This document shows, in pieces, positions 29,801-37,919 of a stretch of 64,000 bases of DNA; position 1 is the stretch's first letter, and each line of letters starts with the position of its first letter. The DNA is from Terriglobia bacterium (GTDB lineage: Bacteria > Acidobacteriota > Terriglobia > 20CM-2-55-15): positions 128,001-192,000 of the forward strand of contig CBDAOY010000007.1 in assembly GCA_965198225.1 (NCBI GenBank), written 5' to 3'. The translations under genes were made by a program, and so were the position numbers. The notes under the pieces were generated by a model. That model had not been told where the DNA came from, did not search any database, and worked only from the letters and a program-made list of their open reading frames with translations.

Positions 29801-30056
29801 CCACCGCGTAAGTGCCGACCGGAAGGAGCGGAATCGTGTAGTTGCCGCTTTCATTGGTGAAGATCTCCCGGCGCAGACCGGTGCCTTCGTTCGTGGCGAC
29901 GACCGTCACGCCGGGCAGGACTGCGCCCGTCGCGTCGGTGATCGTGCCGACGATCGATGCGGTCACTCCTTGCGAATGCGCGGCGGTTGCCAGCAGGGCA
30001 ATGGCCAGTATCGCGGCCGCCGCCCATCGCAGTGTTTCGCATTCCTTGACGTTCAT
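26838..30056 (-). CDS. TonB-dependent receptor, Oar-like (TBDR-2), with an apparent 1-bp frameshift about 13 codons before the native C-terminus
   Basis: Same motifs as TBDR-1 (LPLNGR, QEFKVQT, TKSGTN, NNFAPRLGFAY). The expected final beta-strand VNRQIQLALRFEF* (stop at 26863) lies in another frame. Confidence 0.9.
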   Translation of the reverse strand: MNVKECETLRWAAAAILAIALLATAAHSQGVTASIVGTITDATGAVLPGVTVVATNEGTGLRREIFTNESGNYTIPLLPVGTYAVATELPGFRSEVRTGITLNVDARARIDFALQVGQLTETIEVTSEAPLVQTEDSSVGFVVDQRKVTELPLNGRRFEQLVNLVPGATMSVEGSLNANRGLFNVVGQREVTSSFILDGVDNIDPVVRIYAYRPSIDLIQEFKVQTSAYAAEFGRNSGAVVNVTTKSGTNAVHGAVWEFYRGSALNAKNYFDPADKDIPRQVKNQFGAAVGGPIKQDKTFFFVLYEGLRSREAQTRVGSVPPLAWRQGDFSALSQQIMDPVTGQPFPGNIIPQDRFNSNSRAILNYTKADGKPSFPVPNLRLSEPNSSVNNYVGNPVTEDDINDISVKIDHQFNDNWRASGRGSYTANPIFDPYGDQISSNPSRRIDGYPTSSNQYRTNIGLNLTWTASQNTIVELRAGYSRLNQPFKPLELGPDELRAFETRRVSFNPIQIQGLHEIGRGGGFDRAVNTYNYLGNVTQIKGNHTFKYGVDVRRYLFNAGVGGASAFQYRSVSRTGQTGFAFADFLLGLPDSTNVSRGDVQGHPRKFETALYIQDDWKATPNLTINWGLRYEFYKRMTEEADRFSSFDPETRKVRIASEGGEGRSLVNGDHNNFAPRLGFAYRPFGGSQTVIKGGTGVFYDNDERHNFSIIVNYPRFTFLSFDDKLFPLEFTPEGAFPDGAARVASVISLNGVNRDFRDTYSIQYNFGIQHELVSGLLIDTSYVGSKTNKLKRQRRLNQPQLINGVVGPRPYPAFGRLRTSEWTGNSNFHSLQARVEKRFADGLTFISSYTWGKSIDNTGGQGRGSSSTPQDSYNLAAERGLSDFDVRHVYRFSWVSELPFGRGQRFGSDIPDAANFILGGWEFSGILTAQSGFPLTPRLAGDNSGVLIRGDRPHLVGNPKRANPDPIQWINKAAYAMPDRFTFGNSARGTATSDGIQTLDLTLAKAFDVAEDSRIQFRAEFFNALNHPNFGFPNLTWNSSNFGAVGRTSTSTGRFSWHCGSSSSRLVAVPE

Positions 30057-30134
30057 TTAGTTTTCCTCCGAATGTAGGTCTTGTAAGTGTTATCGGTTTG
30101 CTCTGAGCGGCCTTCGTCAAACCAGGCCGTCGGC

Positions 30135-32171
30135 TCAGGGCGTTCCGTGCACGAGTGAGTTCCACAGGTCGATGGTTGGGTTCCGTTGGAACTCGATCCC
30201 TTCCCGTTGTTCCTCCATTAGTTGCTTGATGTCGTGATCCACTCCGAGGATGAACTTGTCGAACAACTGGCTCATCGCGGTGAGCGATCTTTCCACGCTG
30301 TCGGGCCTCCAGTGATACCAGCCGTGAGGTTCTTTCTCGTAGATGACCCAGTCGAACCAGTTGCCGTGGATCAGCGCCTGTACGCCGTACTGTTCGATCT
30401 GCTGGAACCGAGCGGCGCCGTCTCCCTGCGCGTAGAGGAACAGCAGCGGAACCTTGACGCGGTCGGCGTGGTAGATGATCGAGCGGCTGTAGTAGTTCTC
30501 GGGGTTCTCCATCGGATCCATTCCGATCAGAAAACGGTTCCAGCCCTGCATGCCTCCGTAGGTCGACAGCGTCACGAGATCCGTCGAGCCGTACCAGACG
30601 ACGCCGGCCTTGAACCGCTGCGGATCCTTGGTTACCGCAGTCGTGGTGAAAAAGCCCCCGGTCGAACCGCCGAACGCGCCCACGCGGTCCGGGTCCACCC
30701 AGCCGTCGGCGGCGAGCAGGTCCATCCCCACGAAGGCGTCCCGTAGGTCATGGTCTCCCCCGTGGGTGTGGACTGACTGACGGTACTCCTTGCCGCGTCC
30801 GGTGCTCCCGCGGAAATTCGGGGCGAAGACGAGATAACCGCGGCTGGCGAAATACTGAACATAGGGATGCCATTGTGTCGGGTGCTGACCGTTGGAATTG
30901 GCCCGGAAGAAGAACAGGGCGGGCAACCGATCGCCCGCCTGACTGCCCCTGGGCTTGTAGACGAGTCCGGCGACCTCGCGTCCGTCGAAGCTCTTGTACT
31001 CGAAGAACTCCGGCCACACGAACAGGTCCGGGTCTCTCAACGCGGCGGCCTGATGGTTCGTGATCTGTCGTTCGCCACCGCCGGAGGACGACATGATCCA
31101 GACGTCGCCGGTCATCGTCGGGTCGGAGTGGTAGTAGACGATCTGTTCTCCCGAGGGATGCCACATATGATCGCCGCGAGTCTGGCCGGTTGCCGAGGAG
31201 CCGCCACTGACGCCGCCTTTTTCGGTCAGCTGGACAGCCTCGCCTCCCTCGGCGGAAATCTTGAAGATGTGGTACTCGTAGTCGAGATTCTTCGTGAAGG
31301 TCAGCGATTGCCCGTCGGGAGACCAGCGGGGCTCGCTTTGCTCCACGTCCTCGGTCAGGAGCATACGTGAACGCCCCGTTTCGACGTCGATGACACCCAG
31401 GTTGTTCCAGCCGTTCCGGTCGGAGATGAAAGCGATCTTCGAACTGTCCGGAGACCAGACCGCCGCCCGGTCCATCGCATCGAACGTGCCGGGGGTCAGG
31501 AGCCGCGCGTCACCGCCGCTCGACGACATCACGTAGATGTCCTGGTTGCTCTGGTCGTCGTCGCGCGGCTTTTCGTTCCGCGTGAGGACGATCGAGTTGC
31601 CGTCGGGAGACACGTGCGGAGAGCCGCCACCCGAACCCACCCGGGTGATCTCTTTCGTTTCGACATCGATGACAGCCACCGACGAGTCGAAGTACATACC
31701 GCTGCTGAAATAGATCTTCCTGCTGTCGGGGGACCATGATGCGCTGGTGTCGTTCAGCGGATGTTCGGTCAGGCGCACCGGCTCGCCGCCGTCGGCAGCG
31801 ATCAGGTACAGGTCTCTCACGTTCACGCCACCGAAGTCGGCCTCGAAGACGATCCACTGGCTGTCCGGACTGAACTTGGGAGCCATCTCACGGCCCGGCA
31901 TCGTCGTCAGCCGGCGAGGCTCGCCGCCGGCTGTCGGGACGGTCCAGATATCGTACGTCCCGGATTTCGCCGACTTGTAGGCGATCAGGTTTCCGTCCGG
32001 GGAAACATCGAACTCTTCGACCCAGACCGTTTCGGCCAGCGCTCCGATGGGAAGGCCTTCTGGCTGGGAGGTCGTTTGAGTGGATCCGGACGAAGACAGG
32101 ACCCAGGTTGTTAGGCCCACTGTAAGGACCAGGATGGACCCCCAACCGGGCCGCGCTGATGAGATACCCAT
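30135..32171 (-). CDS. S9-family peptidase/acyl-peptide hydrolase with TolB-like PD40 propeller
   Basis: WSPD/FSPD propeller repeats, PNFRGSTGRG, nucleophile GGSTGG, Asp in GDG, His in EPHG. Signal peptide. GGGAGG RBS before ATG 32171. Confidence 0.88.
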   Translation of the reverse strand: MGISSARPGWGSILVLTVGLTTWVLSSSGSTQTTSQPEGLPIGALAETVWVEEFDVSPDGNLIAYKSAKSGTYDIWTVPTAGGEPRRLTTMPGREMAPKFSPDSQWIVFEADFGGVNVRDLYLIAADGGEPVRLTEHPLNDTSASWSPDSRKIYFSSGMYFDSSVAVIDVETKEITRVGSGGGSPHVSPDGNSIVLTRNEKPRDDDQSNQDIYVMSSSGGDARLLTPGTFDAMDRAAVWSPDSSKIAFISDRNGWNNLGVIDVETGRSRMLLTEDVEQSEPRWSPDGQSLTFTKNLDYEYHIFKISAEGGEAVQLTEKGGVSGGSSATGQTRGDHMWHPSGEQIVYYHSDPTMTGDVWIMSSSGGGERQITNHQAAALRDPDLFVWPEFFEYKSFDGREVAGLVYKPRGSQAGDRLPALFFFRANSNGQHPTQWHPYVQYFASRGYLVFAPNFRGSTGRGKEYRQSVHTHGGDHDLRDAFVGMDLLAADGWVDPDRVGAFGGSTGGFFTTTAVTKDPQRFKAGVVWYGSTDLVTLSTYGGMQGWNRFLIGMDPMENPENYYSRSIIYHADRVKVPLLFLYAQGDGAARFQQIEQYGVQALIHGNWFDWVIYEKEPHGWYHWRPDSVERSLTAMSQLFDKFILGVDHDIKQLMEEQREGIEFQRNPTIDLWNSLVHGTP

Positions 32172-32540
32172 AAGACAATCCTCCCTTGGCGTACCGGACG
32201 TAGTGATAGCTCCCGGACTTTCCGTCTGGTTCAATGCCCGTCCCGAAGCGGCGTCTTACCTCAGGAGTCCGTCCTTGCCCGATGCTCCCATCGGCCCAAA
32301 ATGCGTGACGGGATATGAGTGCTGAGATGCTAGCAGGGATCGTCGGGCTGGGTTAATCCCCCATTAGTACTGTTTTGGGCTAATCCAATCAGTACACTAA
32401 ATACTATATCTTTAGATGTATTATTTCTCCCTCGGGAGCACGGCGTTCGGCCGCTGCTACATACCGACCGAATGCGGCTATACTGTCCCGGGCCGGCCCT
32501 GCTCTCGGGCTCGCGCCGCACTCAGATTCTTGCCGGACCG

Positions 32541-32567
32541 TGTAACCATCGAACTTCCGCGGACGTT
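32541..32567 (+). promoter_or_regulatory. Candidate ECF-sigma promoter
   Basis: TGTAACC-N16-CGTT (AAC...CGT pattern) about 40 bp upstream of the 32605 start. Confidence 0.35.
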
Positions 32568-32604
32568 AGATCGAACAGAGGGTTAATCAGGGAGTTTTTT
32601 GTGA

Positions 32605-35049
32605 ATGGATGACCTGGATCAGACGGTAGACTTGCGCTCGACAAATTGGACGCTCCCTCTCCTGGTGGCCTTGTTCGTGGGCAGCGGCTGCGCAGCGCTG
32701 GTCTACGAGGTCGTCTGGTTCCAGCTCCTCAGTCTGGTCATCGGGTCCTCGTCGGTATCGCTCGGGGTGCTGCTGGGCACGTTCATGGGAGGGATGTGTC
32801 TGGGCAGTTTGATGCTGCCACGCCTGGTATCGCCGGAACATCATCCACTCCGGCTGTACGCGTTCCTGGAACTCGGGATCGGTGTGATCGGACTGGCGGT
32901 CCTGTTCGCCATGCCGCTGGTGGGCGGTGTGTACACGGCCTGGGCGGGGTCGGGTATTGTCGGCATGTTGCTGCGGGGGATCGTGGCAGCCATCTGCCTG
33001 CTGCCGCCGACGATCCTGATGGGTGCGACGCTTCCGGCGATCTCGCGATGGGTGGAAACCACTCCCAGCGGTGTGTCGTGGCTCGGATTCTTCTATGGCG
33101 GAAATATCGTAGGAGCCGTTATCGGGAGCCTGCTGGCCGGCTTCTACCTCCTCCGTGTCTACGACGTTGCGATCGCCACGCTCGTCGCGGTCGGGATCAA
33201 TGTCGCCGTCGCCCTGTTGGGCCTTGCCCTGGCGAAGGCGACACGCTACGAGCCGGCAGCGCCGACGGCGGAAACGGAAGAGTCGGAAGGCGCCTCCTGG
33301 CCGGTCTACGTTACGATCGGCCTGTCGGGGATGACGGCGCTCGCGGCCGAAGTCATCTGGACCCGCCACCTTTCGTTGCTCTTCGGTGCCACTGTCTACA
33401 CGTTCTCGCTGATACTCTCGGTCTTCCTGCTGGGGTTGGGAATCGGCAGTAGTCTCGGCTCTGCCCTTGCGCGCTCGATCAAGAAACCGCGCATGGCGCT
33501 TGGCCACTGTCAGCTCTTGTTGTGCCTGGCCATGGCCTGGGCCGCCTACTCGATCACCGTATCGCTGCCGTTCTGGCCGATCGATCTCACGCTGACATCG
33601 GACCTGTGGATCAGTCTGCAGCTCGATCTGGCCCGCGCGCTGTGGGCGATGCTGCCGGCGGCGATTCTCTGGGGCGCCAGCTTCCCCCTCGCGCTGGCTG
33701 CGGCCGCGGCGCGTGGGCAGGATCCCGGGCGTCTGGTCGGCGGCCTTTACGCCGCAAATACGGTGGGGGCCATCGTCGGTTCTCTGGGCGCAAGTCTCGT
33801 GCTGGTCGCCTGGCTCGGTAGCCAGCTGGCCTTGCAGTTGTTGATCGTCTTTTCCGCGGTTTCGGGGTTGCTCATGTGGGCTTCAGGCGGAGCCGGGGGG
33901 AGCCAGGATCGGTTCGGGATACGTGAAGCGGTCCCCGTGTCCGCCGCGATGGGTCTCGCGGTTCTTCTCGCTCTCGCTGTTCCAGGCCTGCAGCCGGGAT
34001 TCGTCGCATACGGTCGCTTCCTGCCGACGCTCGGATACACCCCCAACGTCATCTACGTGGGCGAGGGGCTGACCGCGACGGTAGCCGTCTCCGAAGAGTC
34101 GGACGGCATCCTCAACTACCACAACGCCGGAAAGGTTCAGGCCTCGAGCTATCCCGAGGACATGCGACTCCAGCGGATGCTCGGGCATCTGACGACGCTG
34201 GTGCCGGAAAACCCCGAAACGTTTCTCGTCATCGGATGCGGCGCAGGAGTGACGGCCGGCGCCGTCAGTATCAACCCCGATATGGAACGCATGACCATCG
34301 CCGAAATCGAACCGCTGGTGCCGGAGGTGGTCTCGACCTATTTCGGCGTCGAAAACTACAACGTCGTCGACAACCCACGTGTGGATATCCGTATCGACGA
34401 CGGACGCCACTTCCTGCTGACCACCGATCAGAAGTTCGACGGCATTACCTCCGATCCGCTGGATCCCTGGGTGAAGGGGGCGGCGGCGCTCTATACGAGG
34501 GAGTTCTGGCAACTGGCGAAGGATCACCTGAAGCCGGGCGGCGTCGTGACGGTGTTCGTGCAACTCTACGAAAGTACCGAGGAAGCGGTGAAGAGCGAAA
34601 TCGCCACGTTCTTCGACGTCTTTCCAAACGGTGCGGTCTTCGCGAATACGGTCTCCGGGGAGGGCTATGACGTGGTATTGCTCGGCCAGGCCGACCCTGT
34701 GCCGATCGACATCGACCGCATCCAGCGGCGCCTGGACAGTCCCGACTACGCGCTGGTCAGACGGTCGCTCGGCGAAGTCGGGTTTTATTCCGCGGTCGAT
34801 CTGCTGGCCACTTTTTCCGGCCAGGCGTCCGACCTTGCCCCGTGGCTCGAAGGGGCGGCGATCAACCAGGATCGAAACCTCCGTCTGCAGTACCTTGCCG
34901 GCAGGGGCTTGAACCTCTATCAGGCCGACATCATCTTCGACCACATGGTCGCTACAGGCATCCAGTTTCCGGAACTCCTGTTTACCGGGTCCCCGGTCCG
35001 GATGGGGCAACTCGAGAGTTCGATCCTGACGCGACAGGGTCGATTTTAG
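32605..35049 (+). CDS. Fused multi-TM / spermidine-synthase-like SAM-dependent transferase
   Basis: SGCAALVYEVVW, MGATLP, LYAANTVGAIVG membrane repeats. LVIGCGAGVTAG, EIEPLV, DDGRHFL, FDGITSDP, LYTREF. Confidence 0.9.
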   Translation: MDDLDQTVDLRSTNWTLPLLVALFVGSGCAALVYEVVWFQLLSLVIGSSSVSLGVLLGTFMGGMCLGSLMLPRLVSPEHHPLRLYAFLELGIGVIGLAVLFAMPLVGGVYTAWAGSGIVGMLLRGIVAAICLLPPTILMGATLPAISRWVETTPSGVSWLGFFYGGNIVGAVIGSLLAGFYLLRVYDVAIATLVAVGINVAVALLGLALAKATRYEPAAPTAETEESEGASWPVYVTIGLSGMTALAAEVIWTRHLSLLFGATVYTFSLILSVFLLGLGIGSSLGSALARSIKKPRMALGHCQLLLCLAMAWAAYSITVSLPFWPIDLTLTSDLWISLQLDLARALWAMLPAAILWGASFPLALAAAAARGQDPGRLVGGLYAANTVGAIVGSLGASLVLVAWLGSQLALQLLIVFSAVSGLLMWASGGAGGSQDRFGIREAVPVSAAMGLAVLLALAVPGLQPGFVAYGRFLPTLGYTPNVIYVGEGLTATVAVSEESDGILNYHNAGKVQASSYPEDMRLQRMLGHLTTLVPENPETFLVIGCGAGVTAGAVSINPDMERMTIAEIEPLVPEVVSTYFGVENYNVVDNPRVDIRIDDGRHFLLTTDQKFDGITSDPLDPWVKGAAALYTREFWQLAKDHLKPGGVVTVFVQLYESTEEAVKSEIATFFDVFPNGAVFANTVSGEGYDVVLLGQADPVPIDIDRIQRRLDSPDYALVRRSLGEVGFYSAVDLLATFSGQASDLAPWLEGAAINQDRNLRLQYLAGRGLNLYQADIIFDHMVATGIQFPELLFTGSPVRMGQLESSILTRQGRF

Positions 35050-35056
35050 AGTTGGC

Positions 35057-35941
35057 ATGGAAAAACTCCGATTCGGCGGCCAGACGATGGTCGCCCCGCT
35101 CAAGGCGGTGGCGCTGAAGCGTCCGCGTGATGCCTTTCGGTCGACCGAAGCCATCGAGGGCCAGTGTCGGGCGCTCGACTACCTGCGCCCGCCGGACCTC
35201 GAACGCGCCGAACGGGATCATCGACAATTCGTCTCCCTCATCGAGTCGGCCGGCGCAAGGGTCTTCTACCTGCCAGAAGATGCGGGCACGGGCTTGGATT
35301 CCATCTACACCCATGACCCTCTCCTGATGACCGATGCGGGCGCCGTTGTTCTCCAGACCGGGAAGGAGGCCCGTCGGAGGGAAGGGCCGGCGTTTGCGGC
35401 CGCGCTGGAGGAGTGGGGCGTGCCTGTCGTCGGAACCATCGACGGCGACGCGACGGCCGAGGGCGGGGACATGCTCTGGCTGGATGCGTCGACGCTGGTC
35501 CTCGGGCGCGGCTTTCGAACTAACGCGGCCGGTGTCTCGTCGCTGACTGAACTGCTCAAGCCGTGGGGCGTCGGCGTCATCCCTGTTGAGCTGCCTTACT
35601 GGAACGGGCCTTCGGAGGTTCTGCACCTCCAGTCGTTCATCAGCCTGCTCGACGAGGGCCTCGCTCTTGTCTACCGACGCCTGCTTCCGGTGACGCTGTT
35701 CGAGATCCTCAACGATCGCGGTTTCGAACTCGTCGACGTGCCTGATGAGGAATACGACTCGCTCGGTTCGAACGTTCTCGCGCTCGCTCCCCGGAACATC
35801 GTCATGGTATCCGGCAACCCGGAGACGCGATCCCGGATCGAGGGGGCCGGCTGCCGCGTCTCGGAATTTGACGGCAGCGAGATCTGTTTCCCCGGATCAG
35901 GGGGCCCCACCTGCCTGACCCGCCCGTTGTTGAGAGGCTAG
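35057..35941 (+). CDS. Dimethylarginine dimethylaminohydrolase / amidinotransferase-family protein
   Basis: DSIYTHDP, RRREG, AEGGD, LHL and catalytic GGPTCLT motifs. Confidence 0.88.
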   Translation: MEKLRFGGQTMVAPLKAVALKRPRDAFRSTEAIEGQCRALDYLRPPDLERAERDHRQFVSLIESAGARVFYLPEDAGTGLDSIYTHDPLLMTDAGAVVLQTGKEARRREGPAFAAALEEWGVPVVGTIDGDATAEGGDMLWLDASTLVLGRGFRTNAAGVSSLTELLKPWGVGVIPVELPYWNGPSEVLHLQSFISLLDEGLALVYRRLLPVTLFEILNDRGFELVDVPDEEYDSLGSNVLALAPRNIVMVSGNPETRSRIEGAGCRVSEFDGSEICFPGSGGPTCLTRPLLRG

Positions 35942-36114
35942 CAGCCCGTGGCAGAAGTCTGATGGTTCGCGCGCACCGGTCTTCGGAGGCGGAGACGAGG
36001 CGCGAGGAGGAGTTGATGCTGTTTCATCATGGGAACGAAAAATGAATCATTCTCGAAGCGCCAGCTGTTCGGCGGTTTACCTGAGCCGCCGCCCGATGGC
36101 GTTGGAGGGCAGAT

Positions 36115-36807
36115 ATGAGCAGGTATTCGATCGCCGAATTTGTATCCAGTACCTCGCAGAAAGACCGCGGCGAGGGACTGTTCGAGCTGGAGACGGAACG
36201 GATGCTCGAGGTCAACTTGAGCGGCCGGGTCTGGACCAAGATGGGATCGATGGTGGCCTACGAGGGCGACATCAAGTTCACACGGGAGGGCGTCCTCGAG
36301 CACGGCCTGGGTCGGATGCTGAAGAAGAGCTTCACCGGCGAGGGTGTGCGGCTGACGAAGGCCGAAGGCAGGGGAGCGCTGTACCTGGCCGACATGGGCA
36401 AGAAGGTTTCGATCCTAAAACTCCAGGGGGAGTCGCTCTTCGTCAATGGCAACGACCTGCTGGCTTTCGAAGACGGAATTCAATGGGACATCAAGCTGAT
36501 GCGCAAGGTGACGGCGATGCTGGCCGGAGGCCTGTTCAACGTGAGGCTCGAAGGCACCGGCATCGTGGCGATCACCACGCACTATGATCCGCTGACGCTC
36601 CGAGTCTCGGCCGATCGTTCCGTAACGACTGATCCCGGTGCCACCGTGGCCTGGTCTGGTTCGCTCAACCCGGAGTTCAAGACCGATGTGTCGCTCAAGA
36701 GCTTCATCGGCCGCGGCAGCGGAGAGTCGATCCAGATGTCTTTCTCCGGCGAGGGCTTTGTCGTCGTTCAGCCCTACGAGGAAGCCTTCGTTCAAGCTCG
36801 GGGGTAG
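36115..36807 (+). CDS. AIM24-family protein
   Basis: KMGSMVAYEG, TGEG..L, GGLFNVRLEGTG, TDP.ATVAWS, GRGSGESIQ..FSGEGFVVVQP. Confidence 0.88.
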   Translation: MSRYSIAEFVSSTSQKDRGEGLFELETERMLEVNLSGRVWTKMGSMVAYEGDIKFTREGVLEHGLGRMLKKSFTGEGVRLTKAEGRGALYLADMGKKVSILKLQGESLFVNGNDLLAFEDGIQWDIKLMRKVTAMLAGGLFNVRLEGTGIVAITTHYDPLTLRVSADRSVTTDPGATVAWSGSLNPEFKTDVSLKSFIGRGSGESIQMSFSGEGFVVVQPYEEAFVQARG

Positions 36808-36892
36808 CAGCCTGCCGCGGAAGTGCTTGGTTTTTCGTCAGCGCCGCCTAAGCGAGGCGGTAGCCCAAATAGGGCCGCGCCGAATACATTCC

Positions 36893-36920
36893 TTGACACT
36901 ATATTCGATATGGCTATAAT
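36893..36920 (+). promoter_or_regulatory. Consensus sigma70 promoter, probably leaderless padR mRNA, with a likely PadR operator in the spacer
   Basis: TTGACA-N16-TATAAT followed by 6 nt and then the ATG (36927), with no RBS. Confidence 0.75.
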
Positions 36921-36926
36921 AGGCGC

Positions 36927-37289
36927 ATGAGCCAAGAACAATCTCGACTCGCCGCGCTCCTGCCGTTGCCGCCTGTGACCTTCCATATCCTGATGACGCT
37001 CGCCGGTCAGGATCGCCACGGTTACGCCATCATCCAGGAAGTCGAAGCGCGGACGGATGGCGCGGTCCGTATCGGTGCGGGCACCCTCTACCGTTCGATC
37101 CAGCGGATGCTGGAACAGGGTTTGATCATCGAAACTCTGGATCGTCCGACGCCGGACCTGGACGATGAGCGTCGTCGGTATTACCGGATTACTTCGTTTG
37201 GTTCCGACGTGGCGAGGGCCGAGACTCGACGCCTGGCGCAGATGCTGAAGCTGGCCCGGGCGCAGGGCTTCGCCCCCGGGAGAGTGTGA
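36927..37289 (+). CDS. PadR-family transcriptional regulator (acidobacterial ADOP-associated type)
   Basis: FHILMTL...RHGYAII..GAGTLYRSIQRM...DERRRYYRIT..G. Confidence 0.92.
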   Translation: MSQEQSRLAALLPLPPVTFHILMTLAGQDRHGYAIIQEVEARTDGAVRIGAGTLYRSIQRMLEQGLIIETLDRPTPDLDDERRRYYRITSFGSDVARAETRRLAQMLKLARAQGFAPGRV

Positions 37290-37810
37290 TGCGCCCCTAC
37301 GAGCTCCTGTTGCATCTCTACCCCGCGGCGTTCCGCATCGAATACGGAGACGAACTCCGTCGGGTTTTCGCCCATCGTCGGGCCGACACCTCCGGGACCT
37401 TCGGGCTGACGTGGCTGTGGATGGAGGTGATCAAGGACACGTTCCTCAACGCGATTGCCGTGTACTGGGACATCCTGCGCCAGGACCTCCCGTATACCGC
37501 CAGGACGTTGGGACGAGCTCGTGGTTTCGCAATGACGGCGATCCTGGTCACGGGGCTTGGCGTCGGTGCGAACACGGCCGTGTTTTCGATCACCGACCAC
37601 GTCCTCATCCGGCCTCTTCCGTTCGCCGATTCCGACCGGCTCGTGAAGCTCTGGGAGCATCCTCCCGGATACGCTCGGATGGAGCTGTCGCCCCCGAACT
37701 ATCGCGATTGGCGCGATCGCAGCGTGTCTTTCGAAGAAATGGGTGCGTACCATGCCGTATCGGCGAACCTGGTCGGGATCGGCGACCCGGAGACTGGTAC
37801 AGGTCACTAA
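37289..37810 (+). pseudogene. Truncated ADOP/MacB-like ABC permease (N-terminal ~170 aa only)
   Basis: LLHLYPAAFR.EYG.E, QDL.Y..RTL..A.GF...AIL..GLGVGANTAVFS....VL.RPLPF.D.DRLV, SPPNYRDWR..S.SFE. The family is normally about 800-900 aa; this copy ends abruptly after GDPE. Confidence 0.85.
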
Positions 37811-37919
37811 GCGGCTCTACCCCCCCCAAGAAAGCCCCCGGGCTGAGCCCCGGACCGCGGGTGATATCATCGGCAGCGATGTCGGGTTCTTGCAGCAGTC
37901 CGCCCCCCGGGGGGCGTCG

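Noticed and set aside
26973-30077. 1034-aa plus-strand ORF and many other long antisense ORFs (e.g. 2202..3485, 12211..13734, 17168..18820, 40456..41919, 46856..48271)
   Set aside because: They mirror well-supported genes on the opposite strand, lack recognisable motifs, and are expected shadows of high-GC codon bias.
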